Of a stretch of 64,000 nucleotides of DNA, positions 11,591 to 26,164 are shown piece by piece (positions within the stretch are counted from its first letter, which is position 1; every line of letters begins with the position of its first letter). The position numbers and the translations under genes were made by a program. The stretch is taken from the NCBI GenBank assembly GCA_965285935.1, contig OZ260664.1, positions 4,092,001 to 4,156,000 on the forward strand, read 5' to 3'. Origin of the DNA: Ophelia neglecta (Eukaryota). The notes beneath the pieces were generated by a model that saw nothing but the letters and a program-made list of their open reading frames with translations, did no database searches and had not been told where the DNA came from.

Positions 11591-14500
11591 GAACCAATAT
11601 ACCATCTCTGCAGAGACAAAACTTAGAATGCACAGCAGGTCTGCCTGGAAAAAAGAAAACAATGTTAATGTATGTATTAGCTATTTGGAAACGGATCTAT
11701 ATTGATGTAGCAAAGAAATATACCTGATAAATTCACAAAGTATACGAGGTCAATGCGTATCGGAGTGGGCACTCTTGTTACAAATGAAAGGTTTACAATA
11801 AATATAACATTCGTTTCCGACACTACACTTCCATGACGTCAACCAAGGCAAAAATTGTGTTTTCTCATTATCAAAAAACATTATCAGAAACCTACTCCTG
11901 ATATGAGCATGCACCTTAGATCAAGGTGATTAGGTTGAACAGAGCTATTTTCTTCCGCCTGTGCGATGTTAATCATACGACCAAACAAACTGAAATGACA
12001 TCAAAAGCATCAGCGAATTACATTAACATTTGTGCATCAGCACCCTCCACTCTTTGTAGAAAGGAAATTAAAAGGCCGTGCATGTTGTTCCGGAAATTGA
12101 ATTAGTTTTTATTTCCAGTTACGAGGGAACGAACTTTTACTGCATCTGTAATTTCACTGTTCTTATTAATAAAAACTATCAAAAGGATGAAAACTATTTA
12201 AAAAAGGTTGGAAAAAGTCGAGGAGCTATTTAAAAAGGCAATGGGAGAGGAACAATGCAAATTATAGATCTGCTACGGTCTCAAAACGCTTAAGTTTATA
12301 GTTTAACTTTTTCCAGTGTTACTAAGTGGAGGGGCGAGGACCGAGTTGAGAAAAGGACAGGCAGGATGAAAATTTGCCCGCTTGCGCCAGGTAAATGCCG
12401 TGATCGGAATTTGTTGGTCGGAAATACTCGTTCCTTGCTATATAGTTATATCCAATGAGTATATTATGGCATTAAAAATTGAAAAGTGTTTTTTACCTAG
12501 TAAATATTTTTTCTTCGTAATGCATTTAATCACATATTTTCCTTGTCTCTTGTTTTTCATAACTCGCTCCTCGGCCGTTAGACCAGGTTAAATAGTCGCT
12601 CAATTTTATGTTTAAGGGGAATGTTTGTATATTTCTTCAGGACCTATGGGCAAAACATTGTATTTTCTCGACGAAACTATGGTGAAAAGCAAATACATCA
12701 AGGATCAAAGTAAATGTCAAGGAATTTGGCGGTTCAATAAGCTATATTCACTGTCACGCCATAAAAACCAGTTTGTGGCCACATATTTGAGACTCGACAA
12801 ATGCGCCTTCTAAGGTGCAACTTTACTACTAAAAACATTTTATTATATGACTTTTTTCTTTGTTATAATAAACAGTTGGTCAAGGACTATTAATTATATC
12901 ATGAACCATACACATTAAGGGGAATGGATTCATCATTCCGCTTGTTGGCTTTTAGTCATTGAAATAGTTGATTAAGGCATTAATTATGTCATTATTCTTC
13001 AGTTATCAATAAAGCCAGGGTTAGTACAAACGTTGTAGTATTCTTCGGCGATTTTGAATAATAATAATAATATTCAGGCTCGAATTTGCAGTTTTGATGC
13101 GTAAACAAATTCAATTATGCCCAGAAAAAGATAAAACGTCGGTATCTACAACAGCGTTTCAAGCCCGTAATACTTGTAGTCGTCTTTGGAGACCTACCTA
13201 CGATGATAATACCTATAATTCCGGGCTCAAAACGTTAATTGAGACCTGGATAAATATGAATCATATCTGTTGCAAGCTTAAAAGCCAAATTTGATTCTCA
13301 TTGAAAACTGTTTACTAAGAATTATAGCGGGTGATATATTTCCTTTTTATTCGTATTAGAAGTTTATTACCATTATAGGAGCAGCTGGGAACTGATGCAT
13401 ATGTGCCTATTGTTGCGTGTTCCTGATAATTTCTGCGCGTTGTTATATGATTTTTTCTGCCTGGTATACACTTCCAATTTGTGTGAGTCTTCATTCACTG
13501 GCCTAGTGTGACTTTTCTCCGGTTTCAATCTGGTCAAAAATTGCGTTTCCGTCCATTGCAATGATTTTAATGCTTCCCTGTGCCGTATAAGCGAGTGTTA
13601 ATCAAGTATCGAGCTACGTGTCTAATATTTAAGTTCCGTTTACGTCATATCGATTCTCGTTTAAGAAAATTCAAGTGCATGTGATTCCTTAATTTGGCTG
13701 ATAGTGTTTATGACAGCTGCAAATCTCAATACCGGTCGGTTCGGAATGGTAATACATACAGGTGCCTGTCTATAGCACTATGTCTGTAGTCTTTCCCACG
13801 CAGACCAAAGCGCTTCGCAATGGCATCACTTCAATTTATGGAACAACATCGAGAGAGACATTATATCGCACTTGACGATCTCATTTATTTATTGTGTTTG
13901 CAGTCAGAAATAGCTATCATTTCTACATCAATTCTTCCTCGCCAAGACAGAATTTTTTCGAATCATTTGCACTACTGCTGGTTACAACTAGATGTGTTCC
14001 CGGGTATACTGCTCAACTGTTTATTGTTACACATTTAGTCAAATGAGCAGTATGAGCAGTGCAGCAAGTAGCACTAGGTTGTTTAAACTCTACTGATGAG
14101 GATTAGCTTGGCAATCTGTAGTTTATCTTAAGAAAACTTGATGCATTCATTTACATATTTATTCGAACTTTCTTACAAAACATTCTGCTAGCTGGTACTG
14201 TATTTACAGTTTCTCGCGATATTTTGGTTGAATGATATTCTGGCAAAGCCAACTTTCCATAACAAATATTAAAATGATATACTGTCAAAAAAAAGGTTAA
14301 CGAAAATAAACTACTTACGAAATTTATCACACAGCAATTAGAAAGCAGATCACTACACGAAGAATATGCTAAATTTTAGTCTACTATATTAAAGAAAACA
14401 TTAAGGCAAAAGAAAGTAGGGGGTCACAAGCCTTTCGAAAGAGTTATGTTTTTCAATGTTGCAAGTAGTGTGAAATATGTTTTTTAATGTTGCATGTAGT

Positions 14501-15019
14501 GTGGAATTCGCACAATCTGTTTGCACTTGACTTAAACATGTGAGTGATGGATTAAATATACATTTTCCGTATTTAATACAGTATTTATTTTTGCAGTTAT
14601 AATAACAATCCTTTAAGACTTCAGAACCTTCCATTTAATGCAAAACATGAAAATCATGACTTACGAGTATTATTCTTCCTTAACCTTCAACTAATAACAG
14701 TACCGCAGTGTCTCAAAAATAATTGCATGATTACAATAAAATACGAATTTGCAACCTCTTCAGTTAAATGTACTGTTCATATCATATATACCGGGTTGTT
14801 GCTTTTTAAAGGTTCTGTACAGAATATGCCCTCCAAATACAAATTTACCAGGTAATCTCCCACAAGATGATTTACCCAAAAAGCTATGAATCTAGCTCTA
14901 GTAAAATCATAGAATAATATCAGGTTTCGTACACTCAGAAGAACTGTTCTCTTGACACGATCGATTACGTACATCTTTTACCGCAAAACATGACAATTCC
15001 CAGGCAGCACCATAGTCTT

Positions 15020-15064
15020 CTTGCAAGCTTGAATGCCAGAAGTCTCTTGCCCAAGCTTGACCTG
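15020..15064 (+). mobile_element. Tiny remnant of a CR1/L2 LINE ORF2 endonuclease N-terminus
   Basis: Translates LASLNARSLLPKLDL, matching the N(A/I)RSL.PK.D motif that starts CR1/L2 AP endonucleases; similarity does not visibly continue. Confidence 0.45.
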
Positions 15065-16387
15065 GTAGCAGAATTCTTTTTCATTCTTATACCACGTCTG
15101 ATAGATTTGCCTTTCATTGGGCTATATACTAATATTGATGATGCTATGACAAGGTGGCTCCTCCAAACATGTTCGTTTAAAAAATAGTGTCCCCTTGTTT
15201 GATGGGGAAATCCAGGTTATTATTTTGAACAGACACACAGCTTTTGTAAAATTCAGGAAATCTAGCATTGAACAGGACTTTAAACGCTATGAAATTTCGC
15301 TCAGTTTAAACAGGCGAAAGCTTCTTATATGTGATTTTGTGTTGAACGTAAATCTGTGAATGTATTATCATCAAATGAACTGATGCCAAGTAAATAGTTG
15401 TTAATATCTACACTTGTTTGGTTTTGACATTTTGTGATCCAATTTAATTATTTCAACTTTATAAATCCCTTTTGCACCTCTTCTTAAATCATTTATGTTT
15501 TGAACAAAATTGGCAGCGTGCAGAAGTGTATAACGGCACAGGGAAAGTACATTAAGTGTATTACAGCCGGGCTAGGCGAACAAAAACGGACGAGGGCCAC
15601 GGGTGATAGTCTCGTGATGGTTCGGAAGGAGGAATCCAATTAAAGAGTGCAGTATGTGCGTGGCTGGTGATTGAACCATTTACATAGGTTTGGTAGCCAG
15701 AAAGGTTATTCCCTGCTACAGCCATATTGTGAAGTACAGTCGAATAAGCAGAAGCACTTGATGAGAAAAGGCAAGTCTAACAGAAAAGTGGGCGTTTTCC
15801 ATGTTGAAAGGATGCAAAAAGGGTGACAACCATTTCATACTTGCAGTGTGGACTAATCATGCCAAACCAGAAGAAGCCTATCATTTACTTTTTTATGTCA
15901 TTCAAAAAATACAGATCAAGCGTGTTGACTACGTCTATGCTGCAGCATCCAAAGCAGAAAACAACTGAATTGAAGCACCCTTAATACAAGCACCAAACAA
16001 AGATTCTATTATAGCTACATAGTTTTGTTCATATCACGATCACACTGGCAGGGGTACTAGTGAAACAGTGATTGCTTAAAAACAGGAGGAAGAAGAAATT
16101 TGTGGGATTACTGTAGCAATATCAGACCATCGCCCGTCTCGGAGCAAGGGCCTCTCCATTGTATTAGGTGATTCTAATAGCTGTCTATTATAATGATTAA
16201 ATTTATATCGTCGAACAAAAGCCGCCCCCCCCCTCACACCCCGCCTGAAGGTTCCAGGAGGATACAACAACCTTCTGTTGATCTTGATCGGTTTCTGGGA
16301 ACGGTTAGTGTTAATCATCAAGAAGGATGCGCACGATATCTGGCGTAAACGGAACGGGACACCATGACAACATAATACCAGTCTTTT

Positions 16388-16454
16388 TTAACCCTGCCCT
16401 TACCCATTAATCCCAATCATTGTATTGGGCATTAATGGGTTAGAGTAGGGTTAA
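16388..16454. mobile_element. Miniature TTAA-flanked inverted-repeat element (piggyBac-like MITE) / hairpin
   Basis: TTAA-ccctgcccttacccattaatcccaat-cattgt-attgggcattaatgggttagagtaggg-TTAA: ~27-bp arms, CCC..GGG termini and a TTAA duplication. Confidence 0.7.
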
Positions 16455-19400
16455 CACTTTGTTCATATAAGTTGATATTAAGTATGCAGTTTCGATTCCC
16501 GTACACCTTGGGCCGTAGCAGTTTTGTACACTGGGTGCTCCCTCCGCCAATTATTAATATTGGTTGAAAATATTGGTCGTGCGTGTTCTTAGGTAAGAAA
16601 TATGCGTTTGTATTCTTGTATAGAGCAGTGCCTTTCTATGCTCTTTGCCGCTCTGATTTTTTGCTAATCGCATTAGCAAACAGAAGCCATTATTTCTGAT
16701 TAACACTTTGATCAAGAAGTACTGTGCTATTCAATAATTGAATTATGCTTTCCCAACCTTCACATGATCGCAGAACATCCAGTTAACATCATTATGCCGC
16801 TATCAAATTATTCAAGTCCAAGAGTGCTGGCAATGCTAGGATAGTATGCGGTGTAGTGTGTACATCTAGTGATGGGCGTGAGATGAAACACGCTCAAGAT
16901 TTATCAAGACATAAGTTTAGTTTGTGTATGAAAACAAATCGAATTGGCAGCAAGCTGAATCAAATATTTAGGTCAATATCAAACATACCTGTTGTATACC
17001 TGTAAACACACGGTATAATTCGCCTCTACAACAACGGGAGTGAATGGTTTACATTTCCTATCCGAAAAAAACGTTCTTGAAGCGGTGTTCATGCATTTGG
17101 CAGATAGCGATAAATGTAACAAGGTGGAAGCTAATATGGAAACAGGCAAGTTGTGTCTAGCCCATGGCTATTTGTGTTACTGAAGAAAGGGTTTTTTCCA
17201 GCTCACACGAATTTGTAATAAACATAACGACGATTTGTAGGTTATGCGTACGAGTGTACTTGAGTTCGTGTTCATCTTATATTTTTCACGAAGAGCGCTT
17301 CATTTATTTACCAGTTGCAAATGGCATGTATTTGTCACAATTAAAGTCAAGTATTGTTTTCGTGCTTTTATAAATGCAGGGACTTAAAAGATAGCGTGTA
17401 TTATGCTTATTATTTTCAGCTCTTAATGGACCTTTTGGATTAGTTTCTTTGCATTTATACACAATATCCATTAAATATCATTAGGAGAAAGAGTTGACAA
17501 TGCTTGCAGAACTTACCTTATATAACGCAGAAGTATGAATTCTTTTTCAGAATGTGCATTCAGGTTGTAAAAATTCGGGTGTGAATTTTTATTCATTTAT
17601 CTCTATTACGCTCCATTTATCCCGCTTTCAAACGTATCTAGTTTTATCGTCTGGTATCCTATTGTTACTTTGAATTTCTTACAGAGAAAGTAAGTTGCAG
17701 GAGGAGGGGCAGCTCATATTGACTATAACTGGGGACCGATAATGCATTTGTTGTTTATCACGGGTAATTGCTATCTAAGGATATTTATCAATCGTCGGGC
17801 AAGGTTGACTATGTGTACACGTCCCCCAATGTGTTGACCTCAATCCAACGTCTGGTATTTCTAATGTGACTGTACAAGTTCTTAAAAATCATCAAATGTT
17901 ATTCTACAGCCGCATGACAAATTACCTAATGATCAGTATCAAGACACACTTCATTATCGTATGAAAGCACAATGAGTTCATCCAACGTCAAGGCACACTG
18001 TCTTATCCTACGAGAACAGACAAAGTCCTATCTCTAGAAACAAAAACCCACCTGCCAACTTACCAATGTGAAAAAGAGGATTGCTATTAGAGAGAAATTT
18101 TATTTTATGGCACATTACATTGTCCAGTCTCTGGAAACTCCTAAAAGCCAATGCATCAGAAAATAATAGGCATGTAATGTGTGGGTCGCTGATAAGACTA
18201 TTGTTTTCCGAAAATCGCTTATTGTAACGGTTCAGTGTTCTCCAAAGCAGACAACAGTGATATCTTAAAAGCCCAGACATCTTGGATTAAGCTCCCATTT
18301 ATTACGAAAACAGATGTTAGACAGAGACGGACACAGATATACAATAGCAGCCCAGTCGTCAACACAAATACCAGAGCTATGCATCAACCACAGATCAGAA
18401 CATCTTTAGATATACAGGCCCCTGAGAATCCAAACTGCGTTGTCAATAACGGTCCGTCATCAACAATGCAGACCAGCGATGACTATAGAGCATAAGGCAG
18501 CAAAGCAGGGAAATATTATCTATAACGATCCAGTCCTCACAGATCAGCCCAACGTTTTTTAAAGAGGCACTTGTGTGCAGAGAGCAGCCCCCACTATGCC
18601 ATTCATCAATATTGCAGACCTACACCAGTAACATGGCTGAAATGCATTTCATGGCCTCGTATAACTCAAAAGAGGAAAAATGATGTTCCATACTGAAAAC
18701 TTGTGGTTTGATAAATGTTACGCCCAAAATACTTAATAAATATCCATGTATTGATGTCATTGTAGGATTTAACACGTCCATAGGTATTGTAAACCCCGGG
18801 AAATCATCTATTAATCTTTCAAAATTCATTTCGGTCATCACCATTATTTTGCCTACCTACCCCCGCTATTAATTAAGAGAAATGTATATAATTGTTAATA
18901 GTGAAAATTGTCCGAGAGAATTTAGACTATCAAAAGTAAAATTGTGATTACAATTATACTGCTCTTTCGTCTAGATTCGCTTATTATAATAACCTTTAGG
19001 GAAATTGAAAAATACAGCTTGTCTATATTGTGCTCGCTTCTCCCCCCCTCCCACCCCCACCCCCCTCCGTAAGATGTACAGACCCTTTAGATTAGAGCAA
19101 ATATATATCTTCGACATCTTACAATTTCTGCATTCCCGCCACCATTTTGAACGCTTATTGGACGTGTTTGCTTCCGCTATTGACGCACCCTGTTAGTTGT
19201 CATGTTCACAGTCCTTAACCTACGCGATAAGAGGAGTTTTTGTCTAGATGACAGGAGGCGATAGGAAGGCAGAAAATTGTGTAAAATAATATCTGGTTTA
19301 AACCGGCTGGGGAGGTCTGACTTTGCTTCTTTTTGGTGGTGATTGATATTTCTGTGTTAGAACTAATATTATGAACTGTCTCGCATTTTACGCCATTTAG

Positions 19401-22400
19401 CTCCCTTATTGCACCCTTAAACCAATCTAACAGTTATATTTTTCTTGCGATCCGTGACTTTCTTTCTGGACTAAAGATCAACGAGAGCCATGTAAAACTT
19501 AAAGTAGACGTGAATTTGGCGACATGTTCTGAAAAAAGCGTTAGGTCTAGACAATTACTCTACTTTATTACAGACGGTTTAATGGGGTATTTATTTCCCT
19601 TCTGCAAAAATTGTTTTGAGGTACTATATACGGCCTCAAAAGGATGACTTGGCAAATCCGTTGAAGAAAAGAGAGGGAGGTTGAACATGTTATGTATCAG
19701 GGCCACACACTACCAATTTTATATCGTTCAAAGGACCTTTAAGCTTCATAAATGAAGATTTTCAGGGAAAACCTGGAGTGGCTAACAGACAGAGTGGGTA
19801 GAAACAATACAGAATTACCAATTCATTCGGTAAAACGTCAGCGCAGGCCCAAAATAACCCTAATTACCTGCTCCCTGAAGTTAATAAGATTGGAACGAAA
19901 CTAATAAAAATATAGAAATTTATTTCACTTGAAATTATAAGTAGTAGATCTTACAAAGCTGAGCACAAAACGAACGAGCCAGTGGTTAACATACGACCGA
20001 AATGACGTATACCACAGTTAACTCTGTGGACACAGCTCCCTGTTAATTGTGAGACTTAAGATAAATATTTCCCGAATAACACAAGAGATATAGATTGAAT
20101 ATGGATTGATATTGTTATAACTTATTGGATTTATACTAAATGTAATAATTTCTTCAAAGGCGACACATTCAAGTTTCTTGGAAATATTAGCTACACCTGT
20201 CTATTCTTTTCGTTATAATTTAGTATGCAGGGACCTTTAACACTCTTTTTTGGTATTGCTTATTGAGACAAATTCATTTTTAGCCCCTACGTTTTGAGAA
20301 ATCTTAGACCATCATAGATTCTCCGACGGCATATTCCTTCTCTGTCTATGACTCTAACCCCAAGTGAATGCATCTGTTGGGCAGCTGAGTGCATTTACTT
20401 AAATTCTTAAGGATTAAATTACTTTGACTAGTTCCCGAACCAAACATTTTTTTAACATTAGAATAACAATAGACAACGTTTTTTTATTTTGGTTACAAAA
20501 CATTATCACGGAAGAGATGAAATAGTCTCCTCAAACAAGAGATTTTCATTTTGATAAAAGCAAGGTTGAACTTAGCGTCTGAATTTGGCTGTTGGAAACA
20601 GGTGCCTTTTAAGGTAGCATTGGGATGTTAATGTTTAATGGCAAATGGGCACAAAAAGGAGGATATGTGTGGACGGCAGTAATTGTGCCTCTATTCAAGC
20701 CATAAACGGCAAAGCATTGGTTTCAATTAGATTGTTATTTCCCAGGCACAATTTGCGTATATAGGAAGGAAATTGGTTAAGGAACACTATTCAGCGTTTG
20801 TTAGACACAAGTTTTTATGTATAGCCAGCTGTTGACAGTTTAAGCGTTCTTTTGAGTGATCAAATCTCCTAATCGAGGTGGGTATGGTTAAGTAAGCAAT
20901 TTGGCTGCGGCATTGTTTAACACCGAATTAATTCAAATATAAAACTTCCCTCAGTTGATAGGATTCAATGGGCCATTTAAATCAATTAAATTTTTTCATA
21001 TCCATATGCAAAACAGAGAGTGACTCTTCTAACAACTATCCGGTCACGGTGTCTTTAACTGAAATCCGGTTTCATGTAAGAAATGTGGTTGTTTTAAAGC
21101 CGTAGATAACATCTCCTAATGGCCGACCAATTCTACTTGCAATCGCTTACCCTTGTGGATTAAAACCCCCACACGCCCACCCGCTTCCCCTAAAACCGAC
21201 ACAGATTAATAATTTTACTTGGAGTTCCTCTTATAACTCTGTCTTGTATTCCTTGCTGGAGTTCTAATGTGTTAGATAACGATGTGTTACACTCGAGACT
21301 TTTAACATCAGGGAGAATAGAAATCTCTTCTCTGTTTATCAGGATCAGCACACTATCAAATGCACTATTCATAATAACCACCCACTTACACTTAAGAAAA
21401 TGACACTATTAATCAAAATAAAACAACAGTTGTCATTATTAACAATTGTTCTCAGCTGTCCATTGAAATTTGCCCTTTATCATAATTTGCTGGTCATTGA
21501 AGTTATGTAATGGCCTTCATTGCGGTGGGCGATTGCCTCATTCGGATGTTTACTTAATGGGAGTGGGTTGGTCCTTTGTCACCGAGTCCGGACCGGGTGG
21601 TACATAAATGCACAGTTTCAACTGTATGAGATTAGTTAAGGGGGGCTTGGCGGGCCTCGTTTTCATATTCTGGCCAGGCCTGCCACGTCGTATTCCTCTC
21701 CGCGGTCACTCCGGCCCCGGTTAGCATGGCATGCACTGTCAAATTACCCAGCCCGCCTCTCCCAGTTTTTTTATCATTGTTATGCTGCCGCTGACAGATA
21801 ATAGTCCTAGGCAGATGACTCTGGGTATACCGCACGCCATTATAGAAAAAACGGAGTATAAAATACTTATCCTATTCATGTAACCCCATTTCGGCCACTG
21901 TTCATATGCGTATAATCCTTTTATTTTTATTAGGATAAATGTTTAATGTGATGCGCCAAACAGTCTTCTGTTGACGATTAGTAAATTCTTAAGCTTCAAA
22001 AGCAGAAATAAGAGGAGCACATATAACCTCTATAGACACATTAGAAAGGAGTCCTCTTGATATTAAATGGCCCTATTCACTGCATTAGCCCCGTAATAAT
22101 GTCATTTTCATTTTGCACTTCTTATAATACCGATACCTCAATTCCGGTAGGCGCCATTGGATATGCGACTGGTAAGCCACTAAATGGCCATACATTTCAT
22201 AATACTGATCTGTCACACGATATACCACGCACTACCTTTGTACATAAGCGTAGGAACACAGCGATTTCCGTTTATACAATGAGACCAAAACTTTACCCCC
22301 ACAAAACAATGTCAGTACCTTCGAAGTTTAATATTCATTGCGATATGATATGACGTGTGGTATCTTCTGACTTTAACCTTGTCATTTTTCGCTTATATTT

Positions 22401-25275
22401 TATCTGCACAGGGACATATTTCAAACCCTGATGACGTAAATTCAAACTGAGGGACATGCGTAGGTGCCTTATTGATCCAGTATATTTGGCATGTTGATTT
22501 GGCATGTTGATTGAACACCACAACAGTTAGATCATCGCCACGCGCTCCTAGGCCAACTACGCCATATCTCCGTGACGGGTTCTCAAACCCCGCTTCGTTG
22601 CCCTATTAAGTGTTCTGTATAAGAGAACTATATGTATGTTGTGCACCGTCATAAAAATAATTTATGAGAACCATGACTAATAATCCTTCTCGCAAAAGCA
22701 TTGCCCTAGTTTTATAGCTTCCTAAATGGTGCATGAATTCATTTTATGGCCATGTCGCGATACGCATGGATTACGACCTAATATCAAACCATACTTAATA
22801 GGATGGAATGACAAGGCGCATATTTCCATACTGGAAGACGTTTAGTCGCAAGGATTCACAGGGTAAAAGCTAAGTATTTACAATTGGCTGTATTTATTGG
22901 TCTCCGTGTTATACATAAGCACCGCCTACGGTTAAACTCCTGACTGATGCTTCGAGTTAACAATTCGGGACTAGCGAAGACACAGACTACTTGAAAGTCA
23001 ATGCAATGCTTCGTATCGAGGCATGTCTGCTCACACGACTGTGTAATTAACCCCTGCTTACAAGACACATTGATAAGCCATTTTGATTGGCTGGAAGGCA
23101 TGCAATGCTTCAAATGAGACGTTCACTGTCATTTGCCCTAAACAGGAACCCATTTGCACCCGGTGAGGGGAATCAATTCAGTACTAATGACAATTTATAG
23201 GGATCATAGCATATTAGGACCTACTACTTTCAGATCATGAGACGAACGTGGGGAAATATGGATGTGAAGTTCAAAAGGGCAATACCCATCCATTTTATTG
23301 TTGTACTATATCATACGGACCATAAGATTTAATATTTTGCAGATGCACATACGATGTCAGACGCTAAACATAATATAACTGTTTCATTACCGTGGCATTT
23401 ACATTATCGTCCCATTTGTAAGGGCCACCATTAGATTATAGACAACAGCTCTCCCTAAAAAAAACTAGAATAATTTATAAACTTTTTTACAGTATTTCCT
23501 GTCCTAAGCCAAGGTAAACAAAACTGTGGACATTTTCAATGCCGTCGGCTTATCTGAACGGAAGTCATTGGGACCCCTAAGGGGTGCAATAATATGAAAA
23601 CAAGTTGGATACTGGGACATTTACAATTCATTGTTTCCAAATCTGTAAATTTTATGTAAGAGAGAATCCGATATCCAGGCACATAGATATCCAAATGTAT
23701 TACACTTATATATCAAATTGACAAACAGTTGATAGAATTTTGTACTTTGTAACAAAATGGTCATATCCAGTAGGCAAACTTTTGACTCTAGGTGAACTTG
23801 TTATCCAAGTGATATTTTTACCAAATTGTAGAAAGAAAAGCTTCGGTTCAGTGGACCTAGATTTTAAAGAAACGGGACCGATCAAGTGTACAAAAAATTA
23901 GAGTTGAAACCCGGCAGGCACGTTTTGGTTTCACTTGCCTGGAGTAGGGCGGAAAGGACAGGTTGCCACGACTTGATTTAACTTTGAGCCCTCAGTTGGT
24001 GGGGCGGAATGTAAGCACTAGCAGCGGAGGAAAATGTCATCTAACTGTCTACATACGTCCTCTAGTTCATATAACAACCAGTCTTGAGGCTCATGGGACC
24101 CAAAACACGCAGACTTTGGAATGCACCTATTGGTTAACCATTCCGGAACCAGTATTTACCGTTTTCTCCTTTGCGATAAAGCACGGTAATCGGCATTGTG
24201 AGGCATTGTATCGTCAATAAGCTGTTTCTACTGTGTACTCTCTCGGATATTCCAGTAAACAGTTTCAATATAACTTACTGAATGACAATTAACAAAGACA
24301 GTAAAACTGCTCAAATGAACATTGAAATTCACTTAAAGTCACGACATTTCTAGAATACGTCTTGCCTGCAGCTTGAGTTTGGCCTTGCGAACATAACAAT
24401 GACCATATGCGGAGCGTAGTTCACGGTATGTAGCTCGAGATACGACTGCCGTCTCAAAGATTCCAATGTTACTCTATACATAGACCCTGTAATTCAGCCA
24501 GTGACCCTCATACACCAAGTCAGGTTGAACAACACAGAATAGAGACCCGAGACTTAGACAAATATAGCAGACATATAATTGCACAAATTGTCATATAAGG
24601 ATATAACAGTATATATGATCGCGGTAATTTCAAGCGTATCGATATTTTCGAATGATGCAGACAGCAAATCGGTAAAGGGGAACAGCCAACAAGAATAACA
24701 CTTGAGTCATAACAATTTTGTGTCTGAGAGAATAACTTATGAACATTTAGCAGAAGTACTTGTGTTTCTCTGGCATTAGTTGTTCAGTTGCGTTTCAAAG
24801 GCAATAACATTATGATATTGACGCTGTTTAACCTGATATACTAATTTACAAACATAGAAAGTATATATAAGGCATCAATACCATGATCTTTTAAAATAAA
24901 ATTGATAGTCTTATAGCAAATGTAGGGTTAAGTCATAGTTACAAAAAGGAAAGGGAGTGGACACCCGGCAGACAAAGACACATCAATAGTCCATCAATCT
25001 AAAGCTGACAAACAGTAAATTTATTTGTTATGTAAATTACAGTTCATGAAAATATAATTTGACAAAATGCAGGTTCCGAAACAAATGTACGCTGAATTTT
25101 GTATTGTTTACATACTGAATTATTGCAATTAAGAAACAATACCGTTTCTCAGGACATCATTAAAGCTAAGAATGAGTGTATGTTGGGATTTATAACTACA
25201 TAACTAGACTCTTACATAATAACTGACAACAGATATAGATAAATATATATAAGACATCGGTGGTATATACTACTA

Positions 25276-25437
25276 CAGTAAAACCTGCCTTAAAGACCAC
25301 CTCTGTAATCAGACCACCTGTCAATTCAGACCACTAATAGGTGGACCATGATGTATACTTTGTCTAAACAGACCACCTCCAAAATCAAACCACAATTGTC
25401 CAGTCCCTTGGGTGGTTTTTATTCACAGGTTTCACTG
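25276..25437 (+). mobile_element. MITE, pogo/Tc1-mariner type; copy B
   Basis: ta|CAGTAAAACCTG...CAGGTTTCACTG|ta; internal repeated AGACCACC motifs; same family as 4617-4794. Confidence 0.85.
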
Positions 25438-26164
25438 TATAATAATATAAATTCAATAGTGACATGTTATTAAATCATACTGCAAACAAATATGTTGTAA
25501 ACCACACATTGCGCCACATCACGGCCAATCCTAAAACCATGTTTTAATTTAGAGGAATAATCTTACTTTTTACCCACATTGAAACATTTTTACAAATCAG
25601 CCAGACCACGTGAAACAATAGTAAACAAACAATTATATAAATCAACGAGTATGTATATATACACAAGCCTCTATTTTATTGGATATATTGGTCTCTAAGC
25701 TACTACTACAATCGCCTTAAAGTTGACGACTATAAGCAGAGAGCGTTAGCGTACCCTACAAAAAGTACTGTTGCAAATAAGACGTTAAGATATACCATAA
25801 GAAATAGAATACCACACACACGTGATATGTTTACAAAACATTGAGGCAGGTATCGCTAAACGTTTTATCTATTTATTCTTAATTTTAAAAGTTTTGCTTT
25901 TTACTTCTCGAGATTATAACGTATAGACTATCCCAGATTCATAAATATAATAAATAATAGGTTATAACAACAGGTTCCTATATAGTTCTCGTGGATAATA
26001 AATCCAATATAATATTAACATAATTCGAAAAAGAACAACACAATAAAGTATTCAATACCATGATCAAGTAATTCATCCTTCATGCATGACGGAAAGACAT
26101 TTGCGTGAAAAAGACGATGGTTGTTCCAATCATTCCTTCGAGTTGAATATTTTAAACCAAACTT

